Part shown: in pieces, positions 56,196-64,000 of the stretch | Position numbering within the stretch: the first letter of the stretch is position 1 | Layout of the letters: each line of letters opens with the position of its first letter | Assembly: GCA_965202695.1 (NCBI GenBank) | Contig: OZ241843.1 | Location: 4,712,662 to 4,776,661 of the forward strand | Length of the DNA: 64,000 bases | Direction: 5' to 3' | Origin: Vicinamibacterales bacterium | Lineage (GTDB): Bacteria; Acidobacteriota; Vicinamibacteria; Vicinamibacterales; UBA8438 | Notes under the pieces: generated by a model | The model's database searches: none | Seen by the model: only the letters and a program-made list of their open reading frames with translations | Told to the model about the DNA's origin: nothing | Position numbers and translations under genes: made by a program

Positions 56196-57648
56196 AGCGC
56201 GCGACGGCCGGGGTCAGGAACCGCAGCCCCGGCGGGAACGCGTCCGGCAGGGCGAGCGGTTCCGCCGACGCCAGCACGTAGCCCCATTCCCCGAAGGTGG
56301 GGACCGGCGCGTGGTAGGGGCGGGCGGCGAGTCCGGCCGCGCGGACGGTCTCGACGACGCACCAGAACGCCCGCCGGGAGACGAGGGGCGAGGTGCTCTG
56401 GATCGCGGCCGCGCCGCCGGCGTTCAGGCGGCCGGCGAGCCGCCGGTAGAAGGTGGCGGTGTACAGCTTGCCGAGCGAGTAGGTGCGGGGGTCGGGGAAG
56501 TCGACGACGATGAAGTCGTAGCGGTCGGCGCCGGACTCGAGCCAGACGAACGCGTCGGCGTTGACCACTTCGACGCGGGGCGAGCGCAGCGCATGGCCGT
56601 TGAGGGCGGCGAACCCGTCGTGGGCGCGGAAGATATCGGTCATCGCCGGGTCGAGGTCCACCAGCGTGACTTCGCGGACGCGGTCGTCCTTCAGGATCTC
56701 GCGCACCGCCATGCCGTCGCCGCCGCCCAGCACCAGGACGCGGCGGGGCGCGGCGACCGCGGCCAGCCCCGGATGGACGAGCGCCTCGTGGTAGCGGTAC
56801 TCGTCGAGGGTCGAGAACTGCAGGCTGCCGTTCAGGAACAGGCGGACGCCGCCTTCGCCGCGGGTCAGCACGATGCGCTGGTAGGGAGACGACCGCGACA
56901 GGACGACCGGGTCGTCGTGGAGCCGCCGCTCCGACCAGGTGGTCAGGTCGTCGGCGAGCACCGCGCCCAGCCCGAGCAGGGCGAGGGCGGCGACCGCCTG
57001 CGCGGTGAGCCGGGGCCGGCCGTGGCGCCGGCGGAAGCGGTGGCTGGTCCACACCGCGACCAGCACGTTGACGGCCCCGAACACGAACGACGACCGCATC
57101 AGGCCGACGCGGGGCACGAGCCACAGCGGGAACGCCAGCGACGCCGCCAGCGCCCCCAGGTAGTCGAGCGCGAGGACGCGCGAAACGAGGTCGCGCAGCG
57201 GGAACTCGTTCTCGAGGATGCGGATGATGAACGGGATCTCGAGCCCGACGAGCACCCCGGTGACCGTGACCCAGCCGTAGAGCACGACGCGGAAGGCGTC
57301 GACCTCGGAGAACGCGAAGAAGAGCGCGGGCGAGGAGAGGCCGCCGACGAGGCCCACCAGGATCTCGATCTCGATGAACCGGGCGATCAGGTCGCCCCGG
57401 ACGTGCCGCGACAGGTACGAACCCACGCCCATCGAAAACAGGTAGACGCCGATGACCGTCGAGAACTGCGTGACGCTGTCGCCCAGGAGGTAGCTCGCGA
57501 TGGTGCCCGCGAGCAGCTCGTAGACGAGGCCGCACGTGGCGACGGTGAAGACCGAGACCAGGAGGACGCCGGTCCCCGCCCCGAGGGGGTCGGCCGGCGC
57601 GCGCGGGTCGTCCCGGGGGGCGGCGGGCGGCGCGTCGGAGGAGGCCAC
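56071..57648 (-). CDS. speE: membrane-fused spermidine synthase-like aminopropyltransferase
   Basis: N-terminal multi-TM region followed by VLVLGGGDGMAVRE and IVVDFPDP. Confidence 0.85.
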   Translation of the reverse strand: MASSDAPPAAPRDDPRAPADPLGAGTGVLLVSVFTVATCGLVYELLAGTIASYLLGDSVTQFSTVIGVYLFSMGVGSYLSRHVRGDLIARFIEIEILVGLVGGLSSPALFFAFSEVDAFRVVLYGWVTVTGVLVGLEIPFIIRILENEFPLRDLVSRVLALDYLGALAASLAFPLWLVPRVGLMRSSFVFGAVNVLVAVWTSHRFRRRHGRPRLTAQAVAALALLGLGAVLADDLTTWSERRLHDDPVVLSRSSPYQRIVLTRGEGGVRLFLNGSLQFSTLDEYRYHEALVHPGLAAVAAPRRVLVLGGGDGMAVREILKDDRVREVTLVDLDPAMTDIFRAHDGFAALNGHALRSPRVEVVNADAFVWLESGADRYDFIVVDFPDPRTYSLGKLYTATFYRRLAGRLNAGGAAAIQSTSPLVSRRAFWCVVETVRAAGLAARPYHAPVPTFGEWGYVLASAEPLALPDAFPPGLRFLTPAVARSLFEFPADMAAVPVEVNRLNNQIVVRYHAEGWAQYARAGAR

Positions 57649-57998
57649 GCCCCTTACGATACCGCGGCCCCGCGCGGTTCGACGGATCGGGCCGGGCCGG
57701 CCGCCGGCCGCGGACCGCCGGACGCCGCGCGGCCGGACCGGCCGTCCGGCTCCCCTCGGCGCCGGAACGGGCGCCGGAACCGCCCCACGGACGACCCCGC
57801 CGGGGCGGCGGGTGAAGTCCCGGGCGGGCGGAGCCGATACAACCCTCGAACCCGGCGGACGGGACGCGTCCCGGTGCGGGCTTCCGCGGCCCGCGGCGCC
57901 CGCGGGGCCGGGCGGGACGGCCCGGATCCGGCGGGGAGGCCCCTCGTGCGAACAACGCCGGAGGGGCCGGGCGGGACAGATCGGCAGGGAGGACCCTC

Positions 57999-58652
57999 AT
58001 GCGAGCAACGGCATCGGTCGCCGTGGCGCTGAGCGCAACGCTGCTCGGCGGCTGCGCCACCACCGGATTCGTGGAAGAAACCGCCGCGCAGCTTCAGGCG
58101 CAGGTCGGCGCCCAGGTCTCGGAGCTCCGCCGCGATCTGGACGAGTCGGAGACCAGCGCGCAGCAACGCATCGAAGAGGTCGACGAGACGGCCCGGAACG
58201 CGTTCGCCGCCGCTTCCTCGGCGGAACGGACGGCGGGGATGGCGCAACGGGCCGCCGACGAGCTGGGCAACACCTTCGAGAGCGGCAACCGCCGCCTCGT
58301 GTACGAGATGGTGATCGACGAGCACGTCGCCGGGTTCGCGAGCGCGGAAGCGGCGCTGCCGGACGAGGTCCGCGCGTACCTGGACCGGTTCATGGCCGAC
58401 CTGCGCGCGTTGCCGATCGCGTCGCACGTGGAGATCGAAGGGCATACCGACGCCGTCGGCTCGCCCATGCTCAACGCGCGGCTCGGGATGCGGCGCGCCG
58501 ACGCCGCCCGGCGCTATCTCCACGAGATGCATCAGCTTCCCCTGCACAAGATGAGCATCATCAGCTACGGCGAAGACCAGCCGATCGCCCCCAACGACAC
58601 GGCCGAAGGGCGGGCGCGCAACCGGCGGGTCGTGATCCGCGTGCTGGCGTAG
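57999..58652 (+). CDS. OmpA-family lipoprotein (Pal-like)
   Basis: Lipobox LLGGC, and an OmpA_C domain (GHTDAVGS..N..LG.RRA..V..YL..NRRVVIRV). Confidence 0.88.
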   Translation: MRATASVAVALSATLLGGCATTGFVEETAAQLQAQVGAQVSELRRDLDESETSAQQRIEEVDETARNAFAAASSAERTAGMAQRAADELGNTFESGNRRLVYEMVIDEHVAGFASAEAALPDEVRAYLDRFMADLRALPIASHVEIEGHTDAVGSPMLNARLGMRRADAARRYLHEMHQLPLHKMSIISYGEDQPIAPNDTAEGRARNRRVVIRVLA

Positions 58653-59067
58653 CCGCGGGACGTTCATCCCGCCGCTCCGGCGCCGCCGGGTTCGGCAGCC
58701 CGCGGCGGCCCTCCGCTTCCCGTTCGAGCGGCGCGGCGGCCGGCCCCGCCGGCCCGCGCGCATCTTTACGCCCGGACCGGTTTTCTGTAGGCTTTCGAGC
58801 AGGCGGGTCCACCGCCTCGCCGATCCGGCCGCCGGCGGCCGCCGCGGTCCGGGACCCTCGTCAGGCGGTCTCCGGTTTCGGATCGGACGGCGGCCGGCGC
58901 CGCCGACACCTGCAACCTCGGAAGCGCGGGCGTGCGAGGCACGCGTCACCCGCGCGTCGTCGTGACCGCCGCTGCCGCCCCCTGCGACTTCGGGAAGCGG
59001 GCGCGCGGGGGCCGCTCCGGTCGAGCGGCGACGCGGCCCGCGGGCGCGGCACGTGGAGGAGATGGCC

Positions 59068-59448
59068 ATGAGAGCTGACCGAGCCTGGTTCCTGCTGGGA
59101 ACGTTCCTGATGACCGCACCGGCCTTCGCGCAGAACGACGCTCTGCACGGCACGTGGTCGGGCCAGTGGATTCCCGAGTCGGGCTACGACGCCTCGACGG
59201 TGCGGTTCGAGGTGGAGGGCGACACCATCACCGGCGAGATGCTGAACCCCGCGCAGGCGCCGTTCGACGTCATCGAGTTCGATCCCGACACCCTGGAACT
59301 CGTCGCCGAGACGAACAGCCCCGAGCACGGACACTTCCGGATCGAGGCGCGCATCGAAGAGGTCACGCGCCTGAACGGCACCCTCACCCACGACGGCGCC
59401 AGCGGCGCGTTGCGGCTGACGAAGTGGACCTACCGCCCCCGTCTGTAG
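59068..59448 (+). CDS. small secreted hypothetical protein
   Basis: GGAGGAG RBS and signal peptide MRADRAWFLLGTFLMTAPAFA. Confidence 0.6.
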   Translation: MRADRAWFLLGTFLMTAPAFAQNDALHGTWSGQWIPESGYDASTVRFEVEGDTITGEMLNPAQAPFDVIEFDPDTLELVAETNSPEHGHFRIEARIEEVTRLNGTLTHDGASGALRLTKWTYRPRL

Positions 59449-60038
59449 TCCGCTCCGCCGTGAGGCCCGCGGCGGGCCGTCCCGGCGCCGCCCGGCCGGC
59501 GCGAGATGCGGCCCACCGGTAGTGGCGGCGGCGGCCTTTCGCCGTCGGCCGAATCCGCGCCCCCGCAGGGGGCGGCGCGGGGCGGCGGCTATCCGGCGCA
59601 ACGCGCCTTCCGTCCGCAGGCGCACGGGCACGGTCGAACCCTGGTGGTCGGCACAGTCCGCGTCCAGCCGCGTTCGAGCGCCCCGCGCGACCGTGTCGAG
59701 CGCCCGGCGGCGGCCGGCTTGCTCGATGGTCTCGAAATCCCGGCCGCCGCTGCCCTGCCAGGGCATCGATTCCACCCGCGAGCGTCTCCGCGAAGCCGCT
59801 TTTTTCCGCGCCGGCTTCCGCCGCGGCCGAGGCCGGGCAGTCAGGCGTACGCGGGGTCCGGCGGGGGCGAATGGGGCGGGTTCAGGCGAGGCTCCGCCGT
59901 CGCGGGCGGTGCTGTCCGGGCCGCGCGCCGCGCGGGTTCGGACTACCCGGCGCGGGCGCCGACGCGGCCATGGCGGCCGGCAATGATCGCCGCGGCGGCC
60001 GGTCGCCGGACCCGGGGCGCGGCTATAATGGCGGCGAC

Positions 60039-62345
60039 ATGCGTACAATCTGGTTCGCGGCGTCCGTACTCTGTACGGCGGCCGTCGCCGCACCGGCGGC
60101 GGCCCAGGCGATTTCGGCGGCGGGCGCCGGCGGCCTGCCGCTGGCCGCCGGCCAGGCCCTGATACTCGAAGGCGCCGCGGTCGGGGACGATGGCGGCGCG
60201 GCCGCGGGCGGGCGGCTCCGCGTGGCGCCGCGCCGCGTCGACCGGCCGCCGGTCGTCGACGGCCGGCTCGACGAGGAGGCGTGGCTGTCGGCGGCCGTCG
60301 TCGACGACTTCGTGCAGCAGGAGCCGGCCGAGGGCGAGCCGGCGACGGAGCGGACGGTGGTGCGCCTGCTGTACGACGCGCAGGCCCTGTACATCGGCGT
60401 CGAGGCCCACGATTCGGCCCCCGAGGCGGTCATCGCGACGGAGATGCGCCGCGATTCGTTGCGGCTGCTCGACGAAGACAACTTCCAGGTCATCCTCGAC
60501 ACCTTCCACGACCGCCGTTCCGGCTACATGTTCGTGACGAGCCCGCTCGGGGCCAAGCTCGAGCAGCAGGTGTCGGAGGAGGGCGAGGGCGGCTGGCGGG
60601 GCACCAACACGTCGAACGTCAACGTGAACTGGGACGGGGTGTGGGACGTGGTCGCCCACCGCACCCCCGAGGGGTGGACGGCCGAGATCGCGATCCCGAT
60701 GATCACCCTGCGCTTCCCCGAAGCGGACGAGCAGGTGTGGGGCGTCAACTTCATGCGGAACATCCGCAGGAAGAACGAGCAGGTGTACTGGGCCCCGATC
60801 TCGAAGGAGTACTCCCTCACCCGCGTGAGCCTGGCCGGGACGATGACCGGCATCACCGGCGTCGACCAGGGCATGGACCTGCGGGTGACGCCCTACGTGC
60901 TGTCGGGCGCGCGGCAGGACCGCGGGAACGGCGGCGGGCTCGACGGGAGCGGGTTCCGCGACCTCGGCCTCGACGTCAAGTACGGGCTCGCGTCCGGACT
61001 CAACCTCGACCTCACCCTCAACACCGACTTCGCGCAGGTCGAGGTGGACGAGCAGCAGGTCAACCTGACCCGTTTCCCCCTGTTCTTCCCCGAGAAGCGC
61101 GACTTCTTCCTCGAAAACGCGGGCATGTTCAACGTGGGGGCGGCCTCCGGGTTCAACCGCCTCGCGGACCTGTTCTTCACCCGGCGCATCGGGCTGTCCG
61201 AGAACGGCCAGCCGGTGCCGATCGTGGGGGGCGCCCGCGTATCGGGCAAGGTGGACCGCCACAACCTCGCCGCGATGAACATCACGACGCAGGGGGCGTT
61301 CGACCGTCCCGGCGACAACTTCTTCGTCGGACGCTACAGCCGCGACGTGCTGTCGCGCTCGAAGGTCGGGGGCATCGTCATCGACAAGAACTCGGTGAAC
61401 GACGCCCACTACAACCGGACGTTCGCGGCCGACACCACCCTCGCCCTGCACCGCAACTTCGTCGTCAACGGCTTCCTCGCCAAGACCGAGACCCCCGGCG
61501 TCGCGTCGGGAGACATGGCGGGGTACGCGCGCGCCACGTGGCTGAGCCCGTCGTTGAGCATCTACGGCGAGTACATCGACCTGCAGGAGAACTTCAACGC
61601 CGAGGTGGGGTTCGTGCCCCGCGTCGGCATCCGCACCTCGAAGTTCCACGGCGAGTGGGACCCGCGCCCCGGGCGCTGGGGCATCCGCATGTTCGACCCG
61701 ATGTGGAACGTCACCTACACGACCGATCAGAACAACCGGCTGCTGACGCGGCGCATCCACCACATGATCGGGACCTACTTCGAGAACGGCGCGTCGTTCA
61801 CCGTGTGGTACAACGACCACTTCGAGCAGCTCGACGTCCCGTTCCCGATCCACCGGCAGGGCGTCGTGATTCCGCCCGGCACGTACCGCTTCGGCGAATG
61901 GAACTACCGCTACCGCAGCGACCCCTCGCGCCGTCTCTACGGCGAGCTGGGCTACTCGCCGCAGACCTTCTTCGGCGGCACCCGCACCGACACCCGCGCC
62001 ACCCTCGGGCTGCGGGCGACCAGCCGGCTCGCGGTCGAGCTGCGGCTCAACCGCAGCGACGTCGAGCTGCCGGCGGGGGCCTTCGTGGCCGATCTCGCGT
62101 CAGTGCGGTTCGACTTCGCGCTGTCGCCGGAGATGACCCTCCGCAGCCTGACCCAGTACAACTCGACGACCCACGAAATCAGCACCAGCGTCCGTTTCAA
62201 CTGGATATACAGCCCGGGCAGCGACATCTACGTCGCCTACGACGAGCTGCGGCTGGACATGCCCGGCGTGTACGGCTACTACGACACGCCGTGGCTCCGC
62301 AACCGCCAGCTCGCCGTGAAGATGACGTATCTGTTCTCACGCTGA
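60039..62345 (+). CDS. CBM9-like / DUF5916 family outer-membrane-associated protein
   Basis: Signal peptide, then VDGRLDEEAW, Y.G.EA.D and RDSL...D.F...LDTFHDRR.GY.F. The long C-terminal region is beta-rich and ends in an aromatic residue. Confidence 0.75.
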   Translation: MRTIWFAASVLCTAAVAAPAAAQAISAAGAGGLPLAAGQALILEGAAVGDDGGAAAGGRLRVAPRRVDRPPVVDGRLDEEAWLSAAVVDDFVQQEPAEGEPATERTVVRLLYDAQALYIGVEAHDSAPEAVIATEMRRDSLRLLDEDNFQVILDTFHDRRSGYMFVTSPLGAKLEQQVSEEGEGGWRGTNTSNVNVNWDGVWDVVAHRTPEGWTAEIAIPMITLRFPEADEQVWGVNFMRNIRRKNEQVYWAPISKEYSLTRVSLAGTMTGITGVDQGMDLRVTPYVLSGARQDRGNGGGLDGSGFRDLGLDVKYGLASGLNLDLTLNTDFAQVEVDEQQVNLTRFPLFFPEKRDFFLENAGMFNVGAASGFNRLADLFFTRRIGLSENGQPVPIVGGARVSGKVDRHNLAAMNITTQGAFDRPGDNFFVGRYSRDVLSRSKVGGIVIDKNSVNDAHYNRTFAADTTLALHRNFVVNGFLAKTETPGVASGDMAGYARATWLSPSLSIYGEYIDLQENFNAEVGFVPRVGIRTSKFHGEWDPRPGRWGIRMFDPMWNVTYTTDQNNRLLTRRIHHMIGTYFENGASFTVWYNDHFEQLDVPFPIHRQGVVIPPGTYRFGEWNYRYRSDPSRRLYGELGYSPQTFFGGTRTDTRATLGLRATSRLAVELRLNRSDVELPAGAFVADLASVRFDFALSPEMTLRSLTQYNSTTHEISTSVRFNWIYSPGSDIYVAYDELRLDMPGVYGYYDTPWLRNRQLAVKMTYLFSR

Positions 62346-62507
62346 CCGGGGAATCCGGCCCGGGCCGAGAGGGGCATCGTCCCCCGGACGCCGCCGTCAC
62401 GCCAGCCTCCGGCCCGGACCCGATGGCCGCGGCGGGGAGGAACGCGGTCGCCGTCCCTTTACTGTCCGCCGAAGGGCCGGCGCATCGTCAGCGCACGGGC
62501 GGCGGCG

Positions 62508-63947
62508 TCAGCGCGATTCGAACTCCGCCTCCTTCAGGCGGAAGCCGTCGGCGAGCTCGGGTTCGCGGTCGTCGTCGAGCACACGGTGGGCGACGTACTC
62601 GCCGAGGACCGGCCCGAACTTGAAGGCCTCGGCGGAACCGCCGCCGGCGAGCCAGACGTTGTCGAAGTCGGGGTGGGTGTCGATGATGAAGTTGGCGTCG
62701 ACGCTGCTCTCGTAGTGGCAGGCCCGGGTCTCGTTGACGGGGGCCCCGGCCAGCGCGGGGAAGTGCCGCCGCAGGATCTCGCGCGGGCGGTCGTGGTGTT
62801 CGGGTGCGATCCAGCGGTCGGACAGGTCCGGGTCCTCGGGCGCGCGGCCCCCGGTGCGGACGCGGAACCCCCGGTGGTCGGGGGGCAGGGCCGGCCAGCC
62901 GGTGCAGCCCGGCACGCCGTAACTCGGCATGTGGGGCCAGGAGAAACGCGTGTCGCCCGGCGGGACGGCGAAGTAGAAGACGTGGCCCATGGCGATGCGG
63001 ATGCGCCGCCCCATCAGCGCGGGCAGGACCTTCGGGAACCACGGGCCGCAGGCGAGGACGAACGCCGCGGCCGGCAGGGTCTCGCCCGAGGCGAGCGGCA
63101 GGGCGGCGAGCTGCCGGCCCGCGGGTGCGTCGAAGACGGCGCGGCCGATGCGGATCACGCCTCCTTCCTCCTCGAAGACCCGGGCCGCCGACTCGATGGC
63201 GCGCCGCGCCCGGACCACCCCTGCCCCGGGTTCGTGGAGCGCGGCCCCGAGGCCGTCGAACCGTATCCACGGCCACCGGTAGGCGACCTCGTCCGGCGAC
63301 AGCGCCTCGTAGGGAACGCCGAGCGCGTCCCAGTGGCGGCGCGTCTCGGTGAAGTACCGGTTGGCCTCCTCGCGCAGAATCAGGTCGCCGGTCTGGAAGA
63401 AGAGCCGCGGCAGCAGCCGGCCGCGTCCTTCCTCGTCCCACGCGAGCCAGCGCTCGATCGCCCGCTGCGCCCAGCCGGTCCACTGCGCGCCGTGCGGCCG
63501 GTCGCCGTACGAGGTGCGGACGCCCCGGGTCTCGCCGCCGGAGGTCTGCCGCGAGTTCCCCGCGCCGTAGGCGTCGACCACCGTCACCCGGGCGCCCAGA
63601 CGCTGCAGGTGCAACGCCGTCCACATGCCGAACGTGCCCGCGCCCACCACCACCACGTCGGGCGACGGCTGCGTCCGAACCGCGTGCGCCCGTCCGGCGG
63701 CGCGGGCCGGCCGCGGTCCCCGCGCGGCGAGCGCCGCCCCCGTCCCCGCGCCCAGCGCCTGCAGAAAGCGGCGCCGGTCCACCGGAGCGGCGGACCCCGG
63801 CGTCCCGGCCGCGGTGCGGTCCGGGTCGCTCGACGGCGCCGCTCGAATGCGGCGGGGCGTTTCACCACGGGCGGTCAAGGCGTCCTCGCTTGGGTCGGCT
63901 ACCACGGAGCGGCGCGCGATGCGCGCGGCGCCCCGTGATTGTAGCAC
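62508..63947 (-). CDS. Tat-signal FAD-dependent oxidoreductase (DAO/sarcosine-oxidase-like)
   Basis: Twin-arginine DRRRFLQALG and dinucleotide fold VVVVGAGTFGMWTA. The start is uncertain (GTG at 63947). Confidence 0.8.
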   Translation of the reverse strand: MLQSRGAARIARRSVVADPSEDALTARGETPRRIRAAPSSDPDRTAAGTPGSAAPVDRRRFLQALGAGTGAALAARGPRPARAAGRAHAVRTQPSPDVVVVGAGTFGMWTALHLQRLGARVTVVDAYGAGNSRQTSGGETRGVRTSYGDRPHGAQWTGWAQRAIERWLAWDEEGRGRLLPRLFFQTGDLILREEANRYFTETRRHWDALGVPYEALSPDEVAYRWPWIRFDGLGAALHEPGAGVVRARRAIESAARVFEEEGGVIRIGRAVFDAPAGRQLAALPLASGETLPAAAFVLACGPWFPKVLPALMGRRIRIAMGHVFYFAVPPGDTRFSWPHMPSYGVPGCTGWPALPPDHRGFRVRTGGRAPEDPDLSDRWIAPEHHDRPREILRRHFPALAGAPVNETRACHYESSVDANFIIDTHPDFDNVWLAGGGSAEAFKFGPVLGEYVAHRVLDDDREPELADGFRLKEAEFESR

Positions 63948-64000
63948 TCCACGCCGCGGCGTCCCGGAGCCGCCGCCGCCCGCCCCGCCGCTTCGCGCCG

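Overview
This is a very GC-rich bacterial chromosomal window with no rRNA, CRISPR array, integrase or transposase that I could recognise. Gene content hints at Acidobacteria or Gemmatimonadetes, but that is only a guess. Most long antisense and alternate-frame ORFs in the track are GC artefacts (rich in Arg, Gly, Pro and Ala). I called the strand or frame whose product shows real motifs and normal composition.

Layout:
- 1-7.1 kb: two tandem copies of a two-gene secreted module (a CxxCH/HxH protein plus a partner), a metal-transporter-like membrane protein and an M4 metalloprotease.
- 7.2-14 kb (minus strand): a classical proteostasis cluster, tRNA-Leu, tig, clpP, clpX, lon, engB.
- 14.1-18.8 kb: egtB-egtD (ergothioneine), an AI-2E transporter and an alpha/beta hydrolase.
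- 18.85-40.9 kb: an accessory defence island.
- 40.9-64 kb: housekeeping and envelope genes (hydrolases, DUF1080 protein, dehydrogenase, MBL hydrolase, clpS-clpA, K+ channel, ybjN-pspA, amine oxidase, membrane-fused speE, OmpA-like lipoprotein, CBM9/DUF5916-like protein, FAD oxidoreductase).

The island holds three things:
1. A NERD-like SF1 helicase plus a 228-aa partner.
2. A decayed AAA-ATPase pseudogene.
3. The main item, about 18 kb at 22.7-40.9 kb. It has a divergent Xre-type HTH with a palindromic operator, and an HsdM-like N6-adenine methyltransferase. A small ORF plus an SDH-family Clp-fold serine protease cassette and a 166-aa ORF follow. Then comes a translationally coupled chain: an HsdS-like specificity subunit, a 1372-aa NERD/pseudokinase/kinase/P-loop protein, a 553-aa protein, and a 1871-aa protein with a PD-(D/E)xK-like motif and a HerA/FtsK-like ATPase. 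No HsdR is present.

I read this as a kinase-containing, methylation-linked defence system with a DptFGH-like effector logic. At best it is sparsely characterised.

The window is also unusually rich in local tandem duplications. Several lie inside or at the ends of genes (engB, clpA, the speE/oxidase junction, the OmpA-like gene start).
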